From assembly GCA_947311105.1 (NCBI GenBank), contig CAMZKG010000090.1, positions 1-48,114 of the forward strand: a stretch of 48,114 nt of DNA, read 5' to 3'. This document shows, in pieces, positions 1 through 9,100 of the stretch. Made by a program: the position numbers and the translations under genes. The stretch comes from an uncultured Saprospiraceae bacterium. GTDB taxonomy: Bacteria; Bacteroidota; Bacteroidia; Chitinophagales; Saprospiraceae. How positions within the stretch are numbered: position 1 is the first letter of the stretch; each line of letters starts with the position of its first letter. The notes beneath the pieces were generated by a model that saw only the letters and a program-made list of their open reading frames with translations, was not told the DNA's origin and did no database searches.

Positions 1-202
1 AGAGAGAATTTATATCTCATCAAGCACCTTCAAATTTTGCCTTAATCAAGGAAGAAGTTGGAGGCGTGGCAGGCTACGTCGGAGTATTGTTTTTTTACCG
101 AACCATTGATCAAAAAAGGTTTAAGAAACCCTAGTTCTACTACTTGCTTCGTATTTTTATCTTTCATGCTTTTGCTTGGCAAGGTTTCTCAAACCGCACG
201 AT

Positions 203-943
203 TTACAGCCCTTCCAAAATCCCCATCAATTCAGAGCGCTTACGCACAGAAACAGGCACTTGATGGCCATTTTTTAATAGCAAATATCCTCCTTCGGTGC
301 GCACAAATGATTGTAAATATTGTAAATTTACCAAATGAGACTGGTGCGAACGAAAAAATTGATGCTTCTCTAATTGCTTTTCAAAAGTTTTTAAGGTGCG
401 TGTCACCATCAACTTTTTGCCATTTTCAAAATAAAAAACAGTATAATTATCACTAGACTCACAGCGCACAACATCTTGAATATCAACAACTTCTATCTTA
501 TCCTGCGTGTGCAAACACATCCGTGTCGGCAACTCATCAGGCTTCCGAAAAGTATCTTTCAAGACATCCAGCCTTTCCGATGTTGTCTCCAATTGGCTCT
601 GTGCTCGCTCTATGGCACTTTTTAGTTCATCTAAGTCAATCGGCTTCAGCAAATAATCTACCGCCGCAAACCGAAAAGCACGCAAAGCATATTCATCCGA
701 AGCAGTGGTAAAAATAATTTTAAAATTTATTTCGGGCAATATTTCTAAAATATCAAACCCCGTCCCATCTCCTAGCTGAATATCCAAAAACACTAAATCG
801 GGCTGCGCTTTCCGCAATAATTTTGCCCCTGACACCACACTATCCGCAGTGCCTAAAATCTCCACATCTGGCGCCACATCTTCTATATCTGCCCGCAATA
901 CTTGCAGCGCTTGGGGCATATCATCAATTAAGATTGCTTTCAT
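203..943 (-). CDS. LytTR-family two-component response regulator
   Basis: 246-aa ORF with ATG at 943. N-terminal CheY-like receiver (MKAILIDD...DLVFLDIQLGDGTGFD...DYLLKPI) and C-terminal LytTR DNA-binding domain (VVRCESSDNYTVFYF...FFRSHQSHLVNL). Starts 10 nt downstream of the kinase gene on the same strand. Confidence 0.9.
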   Translation of the reverse strand: MKAILIDDMPQALQVLRADIEDVAPDVEILGTADSVVSGAKLLRKAQPDLVFLDIQLGDGTGFDILEILPEINFKIIFTTASDEYALRAFRFAAVDYLLKPIDLDELKSAIERAQSQLETTSERLDVLKDTFRKPDELPTRMCLHTQDKIEVVDIQDVVRCESSDNYTVFYFENGKKLMVTRTLKTFEKQLEKHQFFRSHQSHLVNLQYLQSFVRTEGGYLLLKNGHQVPVSVRKRSELMGILEGL

Positions 944-953
944 TTTTTAGGTT

Positions 954-3900
954 TTAAATCGGTATTCGGAGTGTGACTTTTGTGCCTTTCACCGCTCCAT
1001 TTGCGTCCACAATATCGGTTATTTCTATTGACTTTCCACGCCTTTCGGCAAATAATGCATCTAATCGTTCTTTGGTCACTGCCATTGCGGTAGATTGATG
1101 GCTAGGGCTTCGTTTTTTTCGGAGTTCGGCGGATTTTTTGCGACCGACCCCATTATCTGTAATTTCACAAATCAACATCTCCCCTTGCGGATAAAAATCA
1201 ATCCTAATCTTCCCTTTTTTGTCCAAATGCGACACCCCATGAATAATGGCATTCTCCACAAACGGCTGAATAATCATCGGCGGAACTTCGATTTCTTCTA
1301 CATCTAGCCCTTCACTCATCAAAATATCAAATTCAAAGACATCTGCTCGACAAAATTGCTCCATGGTCAGATAATTTTCCAAAGTCTTTTTCTCTTCTTC
1401 TAGACTTATCGTTTCCTTTCGGGAATTCGATAAAATCTGTCTCATCAAAACTGCAAAACGATTAATCTGTTTTCTTGCTTGCGCAAAATCCTTCATCGCC
1501 ACAAGCCCGTTTATACTATTCAAAGCATTAAAGATAAAGTGGGGATTCATCTGTAATTGTAAGGCTTTTTGCTCAACTGTCAAAAGGTGATTTCTTAATT
1601 CTAATTCCTTTCTTTTCGCTTGTTCTTGCCGCCGTATCGCCTTGACTCGAAACCAATAAAACAGAAAAGCAAACAACAACACGCCAAAACCTACCAAAGC
1701 CCTAAACCACCAAGTCTCCCAATAAGGATGCTCTATCGTAAAGGAAGCCGTAATAATCGGGCTGCAATTTGTCAGATCTATACAAGTCTGCGCTTTAAAC
1801 ACATAACTACCTGGATCAAGATTGGCATAATTTACACTATTGGACGAAAACAATGGAGACCACTCTGTTTCACTACCAGCCAATTGCCAGCGATATTTTA
1901 CTTTATTGGGGCGTGCTAAATTGACCCCAGACAGCCTAAACCCAAGGTGATTTTTATTGTAGGGCAAGACAAGTCCATTTTTAATACCACCACCCGAAAG
2001 GCTCCAATTTCGATAGTCCGTTTCTGCTAGAGACTTATAAAAAAGTTGTATATCATCAAAATGAACAGTCGGCGGATTAATGGCTTGAGACTCCTTGGTC
2101 AATTGGTATTTCATCAAGCCATTCATCGTACCTATCCACAAGTCATTGCCGACTCCTTCGCAGATGGAATTTTGACAAGTCTCTATTCCCACAAAACCTT
2201 CTTCTAGCCCAAAATACTGATAATCAATAACTTGCGACCTATGATTCAACTTTAGTCGATTCAACCCACGCTCCGTCCCAACCCACAAGTTCCCACTATT
2301 ATCAAACTTTAGCAGATAAATATTTTTGGACATCTGCTCGAATGATACATCTTTACTTACTTTCGCTTTCGCAAAACGAACAGGCTTCTGACTCCAATCC
2401 GCAAAGTAAATCCCATGCCCCGCAGTGCCGACCCAGACCCGTTGCTCATAAAAGTCTATCGTGCGTATAGCTGCATTGGGCAACCCATTATCCTGATTAA
2501 AAATAATGGCATCGAAGTCATTCTCATAATACCCTACAACACCCCCACGAGTAGCAAACCACAAATGCCCTTCATTATCTATTTTTAGTGTTTGTATTTT
2601 TAATTCGGGCAACCCTTCGGCTTTCCCGTAAGGAAAAACATGAAAACCTAGACTATCTCTATCGACAATCTTGGCGATACCATTTCCATAAGTTCCTACC
2701 CATATATGCCCCAAAGAATCTAACACCGTACTATTAATCCAATTACTTGGCAAGCCCTGTTTTTCCGTAAGGAAATGAAACCCACTTGTATCTCGATACG
2801 CCAGCCCACGCCCATCTGTACCTAACCATATACGCCCCTTGCCATCTTCTAATATGGCCTTACATTTCACATTAGCAAATCCCTCCTTTGCGCCAAAGTG
2901 ATGCAAGCCTAAGTTATCAAAAACAGAAACGCCATAAGCCGATTCTGAAAACCATATACGAGACTGATGGTCTCGAAATACCGAATATATATTGTCTCCT
3001 TTTAGCCCCGCCTGCAAACCAAAATGTACAAACTCCTGTCCCACCATTTTTAGCAGACCATCACCCGAAGTACCTAACCACTGATTATCCCAACTATCTC
3101 TAAAAAGGATTTTTATGTTTTTTGCCGCAAGGCCCACCCGCTCATCAATAAATGTCCAGTTCCTAGTATCGACATCATACACTGCTATTCCATTATTAAT
3201 CGTACCGACCCAAATTTGGTCATCAACTTGCTCAATCAATTGTGGATGGCCTCCTTTGGGTATTTTAATCGCCCCCAAAGAGATATTTTGCTCCGTATCA
3301 AATAAGGAAATGCGCCCATCAAAGGTCGCCACCCAGAGCCTACCTAAAATATCCCTAAAAACAACATGTACATCATTACTTTCCAATCCATTTTGAATCG
3401 AATAACGCCCTTCGCCATTCAACTGCCAAGCCCCGACATTGGTCGCCACCCATTGCTCTTTTTCTGAGAAGAAGAAGGAACGGACATTGGCATTTTTTAG
3501 TTTTTTATATTTCCTAAGCCGAAAAGGTGTTTTTTTAGTGTCCACAAAATACAATCCTTTTTCTGTGCCAACCCACACAACACCTTGATTATCAACCGAT
3601 AATGCGGTTACTTTTTGCGCAACCCCATCAGGCCATTGCACATGATAAGTAGTATCTTTTGTTGACACAGTTAATGCGGTATTACTTCCAATCCACATCG
3701 CATGGTCAGTCGAAATCATCGCATTGATATATTTATCAGACAAGGGCAGTGCAATTCTTTCAAACGAATTACCATCAAATCGAGCAAGACCGCCCCCCTG
3801 TGTCCCTACCCAAAGAAAGCCAGCACCATCTTGCGCTATCGCATAAACTTGACTTTGCGGCAAACCATCCTGCAAGGAATAAGACAGAAAGTTTCGTTGT

Positions 3901-3968
3901 TGTCCAACCAAGAAATTGGCATAAATCATCATACTGATGACCAAAAGAAATTTGGATAAATTTTTCAT
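954..3968 (-). CDS. Sensor histidine kinase with periplasmic beta-propeller (Y_Y_Y-type) repeats and a LytS/YehU-type kinase core
   Basis: About 1004-aa ORF (GTG at 3971 or ATG at 3968). N-terminal hydrophobic segment, then many repeats of the W(V/I)GT..G(L/I) propeller motif. TM helix WWFRALVGFGVLLFAFLFYWF, His_kinase motif NPHFIFNALNSI and HATPase_c motifs (ENAIIHG, DNGVG). Forms an operon with the LytTR regulator. Confidence 0.88.
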   Translation of the reverse strand: MKNLSKFLLVISMMIYANFLVGQQRNFLSYSLQDGLPQSQVYAIAQDGAGFLWVGTQGGGLARFDGNSFERIALPLSDKYINAMISTDHAMWIGSNTALTVSTKDTTYHVQWPDGVAQKVTALSVDNQGVVWVGTEKGLYFVDTKKTPFRLRKYKKLKNANVRSFFFSEKEQWVATNVGAWQLNGEGRYSIQNGLESNDVHVVFRDILGRLWVATFDGRISLFDTEQNISLGAIKIPKGGHPQLIEQVDDQIWVGTINNGIAVYDVDTRNWTFIDERVGLAAKNIKILFRDSWDNQWLGTSGDGLLKMVGQEFVHFGLQAGLKGDNIYSVFRDHQSRIWFSESAYGVSVFDNLGLHHFGAKEGFANVKCKAILEDGKGRIWLGTDGRGLAYRDTSGFHFLTEKQGLPSNWINSTVLDSLGHIWVGTYGNGIAKIVDRDSLGFHVFPYGKAEGLPELKIQTLKIDNEGHLWFATRGGVVGYYENDFDAIIFNQDNGLPNAAIRTIDFYEQRVWVGTAGHGIYFADWSQKPVRFAKAKVSKDVSFEQMSKNIYLLKFDNSGNLWVGTERGLNRLKLNHRSQVIDYQYFGLEEGFVGIETCQNSICEGVGNDLWIGTMNGLMKYQLTKESQAINPPTVHFDDIQLFYKSLAETDYRNWSLSGGGIKNGLVLPYNKNHLGFRLSGVNLARPNKVKYRWQLAGSETEWSPLFSSNSVNYANLDPGSYVFKAQTCIDLTNCSPIITASFTIEHPYWETWWFRALVGFGVLLFAFLFYWFRVKAIRRQEQAKRKELELRNHLLTVEQKALQLQMNPHFIFNALNSINGLVAMKDFAQARKQINRFAVLMRQILSNSRKETISLEEEKKTLENYLTMEQFCRADVFEFDILMSEGLDVEEIEVPPMIIQPFVENAIIHGVSHLDKKGKIRIDFYPQGEMLICEITDNGVGRKKSAELRKKRSPSHQSTAMAVTKERLDALFAERRGKSIEITDIVDANGAVKGTKVTLRIPI

Positions 3969-4068
3969 CACGGTAAAGATACGGATTTAGAGCAAAATAG
4001 ATATTTTTTTTGTGGAGCGCTATTCTTTCCGACGACCTAAAGCCCATCCTGCCGGCTCATCACCAATA

Positions 4069-5475
4069 TCACAGCTTATCCAACTGCTCCAATAACCATG
4101 CTTTTTCCGTAAGGATTTCTTCCGACTCTATCGCAGCTCTTAAGCGCTTTTTCTTTTCTTCATCATAAGGATTGACCGCAGCCAGCTTCCTAATATAGTT
4201 AATAATACTTGTCCAAAGCTTGTAGTAGTGATACCCAACCACTTTTTTTCGTTTCAGATAAAACTTAAGCGAATGTAACTGATGATCCAACATATCCAAC
4301 TCCCCTTGCTCCCAATATATTTTTATCTTTATTATCCGAGCCGTAATGGCATAGAAAATCTCATTATAGCTAATCTCCGTCAACAAGTCAAGTGCTTGAT
4401 CATAATGCTTCAATTGATATTCGAGCCGTGCCTTATTTAGACTATAAGTCTCCAGACGAGTATTTTTCCTCAATAATGCCTTATTCTTTTCTATAAATTC
4501 CCCGACCCACTCTAGTTCACCTTGCTGAATCCCCATGGCAACAATATTGCTATATTTAAACATTGTGAGAAAACCATTTTCCAAAAGCAATCCCAAACCC
4601 AACCCTTCCTTATAAAAGCTCAAGGCTTCTGGCACAAATTCTAATCGATTTTGATTGATTTTCCGAATATAAAAATTCAACACCATTGTATAAATCTCAC
4701 GAAATTCATGGCTTGACAACACATTTTTCTGCTCAAACAAGACATTTTTCAATTTTTCAAAATCAACTTCGACACCATCCTGCATCACCTTAATAAACAG
4801 GTAATAGATAGCAATAGATGGAATCTTTAAAAATTGCTCTTGCCCCGCAACACTCAATATGTCGCCCAACATCGGAAACTCGTAGCTCTGATTAAAAACG
4901 GATTGATAAAACATGGCAGAACAAGCATGTCGCAACTTAGCACTTAAATAAAAACTATCCAATGAATCCGTCAAAACCTGAAAATCAATACTATTTTTCT
5001 TAGAAGTCGCAATGACTCCATCCACATTGAGCAATTCAACCCTATATTTTTTGAAAAAATAAGCCCAATCCTGCCTTACCTGCCCATCCAATTCTCGTTG
5101 AAAAAAATTATACTTCTTAGCAAAATTTCTGTTTAGTTTTCTTGCACTCATGGCACGAAGCAGCAACCAAGACGACTCTTCACTATCTTTTTGCAACTCT
5201 TCAATAGTCAAAAACAATTCTAACTTTTTTTGCAAATAGCTAAGAAACAGCCTCATTTTCTGATCATCAAATGGCCTTTCGGGAAACAAAACCCTAAAAA
5301 CATCCTCTTTGGTAAGCTCATCACTGTCCAAAACATCATCAGACAGCAAAAAATCAGCTATTTGAACCAAATCACTCCGAATTTTGAAATAAGGAGAATG
5401 CATAAATAGTAAAAAAGCCTGCCTTTCTTTCTTATTCAAGCCTAACAAACCCTCCCGTATTAGTGTTTTTCTCAT
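4069..5475 (-). CDS. Hypothetical alpha-helical (TPR-like) protein
   Basis: 468-aa ORF with ATG at 5475 and no competing ORF. Composition is helical and repeat-like. No family recognised by eye. Confidence 0.6.
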   Translation of the reverse strand: MRKTLIREGLLGLNKKERQAFLLFMHSPYFKIRSDLVQIADFLLSDDVLDSDELTKEDVFRVLFPERPFDDQKMRLFLSYLQKKLELFLTIEELQKDSEESSWLLLRAMSARKLNRNFAKKYNFFQRELDGQVRQDWAYFFKKYRVELLNVDGVIATSKKNSIDFQVLTDSLDSFYLSAKLRHACSAMFYQSVFNQSYEFPMLGDILSVAGQEQFLKIPSIAIYYLFIKVMQDGVEVDFEKLKNVLFEQKNVLSSHEFREIYTMVLNFYIRKINQNRLEFVPEALSFYKEGLGLGLLLENGFLTMFKYSNIVAMGIQQGELEWVGEFIEKNKALLRKNTRLETYSLNKARLEYQLKHYDQALDLLTEISYNEIFYAITARIIKIKIYWEQGELDMLDHQLHSLKFYLKRKKVVGYHYYKLWTSIINYIRKLAAVNPYDEEKKKRLRAAIESEEILTEKAWLLEQLDKL

Positions 5476-5798
5476 AAAAAATATTACTGGTTATTGCCTA
5501 GATCAAACCGATTTTGCCCAAAATACTCGTTTCCATCCTAAAAATAGAACTCCTGAGCAGGAACTATTTACTAATCCTTTATAAAAATCAAAGGTACTAT
5601 TTTTTTATTTTATACAAAATAAAAATTAAAAAAATAACAACATACTGATAATCAATATAATATAGCAAAAAATTAAACTTTTAGACTCAAAAAACGATCT
5701 ACAAACATCAAAAAATGTATTTTTTTTTAAATTCTTTTTCCCCCACTTTTGTACTATCTCATAGACCAACTACGTCAAATGACTTAAAACGAATAGAG

Positions 5799-8700
5799 AT
5801 GAACAACAAATTTTACCTTATTCTTATCCTTTTTAGCATCATAGGCTTCAAAGCAGAAGGACAATGCCCAGCCGCAACGAACTTCTTTAGCTCACAAGAT
5901 TCCATCAACCTTTTTCCGACTAACTACCCAAATTGTAATACTTTCATTGGAAACATCACCATAGAAGGCAACAATGTAACTTCTTTAGCCAACCTAAGTC
6001 AGATTACTTCTATTTCGGGAAACTTTACCATTTTTAATTGCGACCTGCTCCCAACACTCGCAGGACTAAACAATATCCAGTCCATCGGTAAAAAATTAAA
6101 CATTTATGAAAATGACCTACTAACAAGTCTAGATGGACTCAACAATCTGCAAAATATCACGGGGTCGCTGACGATTCGAGTAAACAAACAACTCCAATCC
6201 CTTTCATCCCTTGCCAATCTTTCTACTATTGGACACATTACAAGCATTATTGATAACGACAACTTAGTATCAATTACTGGTCTTGAAAACCTTACAGCTA
6301 TTGGCCCTGGACTCATCATTGGCGGCAATGACAAACTTCCCAACCTCAACGGAATACAGAATATCGAGACCGTTAACGGCCCTTTGGTTATTGCCGAGAA
6401 CTACTCACTTACCAGCATCTCCGCTCTAAGTAAGCTTACTTTGATTACGGACAGCTTGGATATTCGTGCCAACTACCAATTGGCATCCCTAGATGGCTTA
6501 CAAAATGTTACCACAATCGGTAGCAAAGTCAAGATTGAAGGAACGGCAATTACCGACTTGACCGGACTAGGCAACATCACCACCATCCATGATAGCCTAA
6601 TCATTCAAAATAATGATCAGTTAACTTCACTGCAAGGGCTCACCAAGCTGACTGATGTTGACCATCTCCAAATTGCCTACTGTCCAAACTTAGCTTCACT
6701 AAGTGATTTAGCAAGCATCACTAACTTTAATAAATCCATACAAATTTTAGAAACAGGCATTCAGGATCTTACAGGACTTGACAATATCACATCTGTCCAT
6801 GGCGACCTTGCCATCAACTACAATGAACAATTACAATCTTTTCATGGACTAGAAAATCTTCAAACCATTGAAGGCTTTTTTGCTTTTAGAAATGACACCC
6901 TACTAAACGACATCACGGCTCTTATAGAGCTTGATTCTGTCTTGGGCGACTTCGTTTTTATTGCAGACAACCCAAGCTTAGAAGCGCTTAATGGACTAGA
7001 CAACCTATACTATATCGGTGGTAGCGCCATTGACATTCACGACAACCCTTCTTTGTCTTTTTGTGGAGTCCCTAGTATTTGCTACCAAATTCAATATGCC
7101 AGTTTTGCCAATATTTTCAACAATAGCCCGGGCTGCAACAATACTAGTGAAGTCGAAAGCACTTGTGGAGGCGCCGTCATCCAAGGGCTAGCTTTTCACG
7201 ACGCTAATACCAACTGCCAGCTAGACAGCAATGAAACCCCTCTACCCAATTGGCCCATCCTTGTGATTCAAGGTACTGATACCATCATTGACTATACCGA
7301 CAATTTTGGTAGCTATAAGATTTTCACACCTAGCCCTGGCACTTACCAAGTCACATCTATTCCTCCCCCTGCATGGGCAGAAACTTGCACAGGCACTACG
7401 TCGGTTACACTTGCCAGTAATCAAGACGTGGCGAGTATCCATTTTTATGGAACAACAGACACTGTTTGCCCAGTACTTGCTGTTGACATCACTAATGGTC
7501 ATATTACACCTTGCTCCCCGACCAAGTTCATCGTTAGCTACTGCAACAATGGGGCAAAAATCGCCCAAGACACAAAAGTTGAAATCAAATTCACCAACGA
7601 CGTAACCATCAACTCTTCTCCAATTCCTTATACAGCACTTGGAGACAACACTTTTGTATTTGATATCGGTGACGTTTATATTGGCCAATGCCATGATTTT
7701 GATATAGCTGCGACTATTTCGTGTGATGCCATCAACCAACAAGCCATTTGCGCTTACGCAAAAATCACCCCTAATGACATCTGCCTACCCGCTTCTCATC
7801 TTTGGTCTAAAGCATCTCTAGAACTTACAGGAAAATGCGCCGCTGACAGCATCCGATTCACCATCAAAAACACGGGAGCAGGCAACATGCTAAATACCCA
7901 AACTTACGACATCATCATTGACGAGTGGGTTGTACTAAAAACAGATATAAAACTAGACGCAGGCGCATCATCGACGTTAGCCTTTCCCTTGTCTGACAGT
8001 ACCTACACGCTACGTGTACCCCAAGTACCGCATCACCCAGGAAAATCTCGCCCCTTAATCTCGCTTGAAGGCTGTGCAACCAATGCATCTGGCATTTTTT
8101 CTACAGGCTATGTATTACAATATCCAGAAGATGACATCGATCCTTTTGTATCGATTGACTGTCAAGAGATAGATAATACACTCCCTGCTAGCAATCAACA
8201 GAATTTTCCGAAAGGATATGGCTTTGCTCATTACATCGTCAATGACCAACCCATAGAGTATAAAATTAACTTCCATAACACAAGCAGCGACACACTTAGA
8301 AACATGGTCATCAAGGAAGCCGTCTCCCCTTACTTGGATTTAACCACACTCCAACTTGGGGCAAAAAGTCATCCGTATGACCTAAAAATCATCAATGACA
8401 CCATGATTTTTCATATCAGCGATATAAACATGCCTCCTTCGGCGACAGATTTTGTCCACTCCTATGGTTTTGTTAAGTTTAAGCTTACGCCAAAAGAAAA
8501 CCTAGCTTCTGGCACTGTCATCAAAAATACGGCCTTTTTGCATTATGGCCCGACAATGGCCATCGAAACCAACGAAGTCTATAACACCATAGGGGACAAC
8601 TTTATCAAAGTGGGTATTTTTTCTGTTCCACATCATATTAGTATCGAGACAGCGCCTAACCCTTTCACGGAATACACGACTTTTAATTTTGAAGGACTAC

Positions 8701-8879
8701 ATTTTAAATCTGCGCAGATTAGCATTTTCGACCAGCTCGGTAGAACGGTTAGACAGGAAACATTCCATCATTCATCCTTTACACTATACAAAAAAGACTT
8801 AAAGCAAGGAAACTACTCCTTCGAGATTCTTTTTGACAACAACACTAAAGCAAATGGTAAGATAACCGTTTTTCAATAA
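5799..8879 (+). CDS. Secreted leucine-rich-repeat (L-domain-like) protein with T9SS type A C-terminal sorting domain
   Basis: The ORF opens at 5715, but ATG 5799 gives a signal peptide (MNNKFYLILILFSIIGFKAEGQ). About 17 repeats of roughly 23 aa follow (L..L..L..I.G.L.I..N..L.SL.GL.NL). The C-terminal roughly 80 aa (APNPFTEYTTFNF...GNYSFEILF...GKITVFQ) resemble a Por_Secre_tail domain. Confidence 0.8.
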   Translation: MNNKFYLILILFSIIGFKAEGQCPAATNFFSSQDSINLFPTNYPNCNTFIGNITIEGNNVTSLANLSQITSISGNFTIFNCDLLPTLAGLNNIQSIGKKLNIYENDLLTSLDGLNNLQNITGSLTIRVNKQLQSLSSLANLSTIGHITSIIDNDNLVSITGLENLTAIGPGLIIGGNDKLPNLNGIQNIETVNGPLVIAENYSLTSISALSKLTLITDSLDIRANYQLASLDGLQNVTTIGSKVKIEGTAITDLTGLGNITTIHDSLIIQNNDQLTSLQGLTKLTDVDHLQIAYCPNLASLSDLASITNFNKSIQILETGIQDLTGLDNITSVHGDLAINYNEQLQSFHGLENLQTIEGFFAFRNDTLLNDITALIELDSVLGDFVFIADNPSLEALNGLDNLYYIGGSAIDIHDNPSLSFCGVPSICYQIQYASFANIFNNSPGCNNTSEVESTCGGAVIQGLAFHDANTNCQLDSNETPLPNWPILVIQGTDTIIDYTDNFGSYKIFTPSPGTYQVTSIPPPAWAETCTGTTSVTLASNQDVASIHFYGTTDTVCPVLAVDITNGHITPCSPTKFIVSYCNNGAKIAQDTKVEIKFTNDVTINSSPIPYTALGDNTFVFDIGDVYIGQCHDFDIAATISCDAINQQAICAYAKITPNDICLPASHLWSKASLELTGKCAADSIRFTIKNTGAGNMLNTQTYDIIIDEWVVLKTDIKLDAGASSTLAFPLSDSTYTLRVPQVPHHPGKSRPLISLEGCATNASGIFSTGYVLQYPEDDIDPFVSIDCQEIDNTLPASNQQNFPKGYGFAHYIVNDQPIEYKINFHNTSSDTLRNMVIKEAVSPYLDLTTLQLGAKSHPYDLKIINDTMIFHISDINMPPSATDFVHSYGFVKFKLTPKENLASGTVIKNTAFLHYGPTMAIETNEVYNTIGDNFIKVGIFSVPHHISIETAPNPFTEYTTFNFEGLHFKSAQISIFDQLGRTVRQETFHHSSFTLYKKDLKQGNYSFEILFDNNTKANGKITVFQ

Positions 8880-8930
8880 TTAAATAGATAGAATTTATTC
8901 CTAGAAAGTAGATTCAAAGATAATGGTACG

Positions 8931-8969
8931 GTAGAGTTGTGATACGTGAACACAACTCTACTTTTTTTT
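8931..8969 (+). terminator. Rho-independent terminator after the LRR gene
   Basis: 11-bp stem GTAGAGTTGTG / CACAACTCTAC (8931-8941 and 8951-8961) followed by T8 (8962-8969). Confidence 0.8.
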
Positions 8970-8991
8970 GCCATCAAATAACGGAATCACT

Positions 8992-9025
8992 AAAACAGAC
9001 GAACGACCGTTCGTCTCGACATACC
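8992..9025. repeat. Palindromic interspersed element, copy P1 (core AGACGAACGACCGTTCGTCT at 8997-9016)
   Basis: 20-bp near-perfect palindrome. Its flanks (AAAACAGACGAACGACCGTTCGTCTCGACATACC) match those of the copy at 34691-34710. Confidence 0.85.
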
Positions 9026-9100
9026 CCGATGAACTTCCAGTAATCAAAAATCAAGTAACAAAATTAAACTATCCTACCCGCTTGATTGTTAATCCACACA

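Noticed and set aside
97-109. 13-mer ACCGAACCATTGA shared between the window start (97-109) and end (48020-48032)
   Set aside because: A back-of-envelope estimate suggests many chance 13-mer matches are expected in a 48-kb AT-biased sequence. The flanks do not align, so it is not evidence of terminal repeats of a mobile element.
42-167. 41-aa minus-strand ORF (MKDKNTKQVVELGFLKPFLING...) 35 nt downstream of the LytTR regulator; possible signalling peptide or bacteriocin precursor
   Set aside because: It is too short to assess, has no double-glycine or other recognisable leader, and has no transporter nearby. It cannot be supported from sequence alone.
58-456. 132-aa plus-strand ORF at the left edge
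   Set aside because: It is antisense to, and largely overlaps, the well-supported LytTR regulator gene. No motifs are present.
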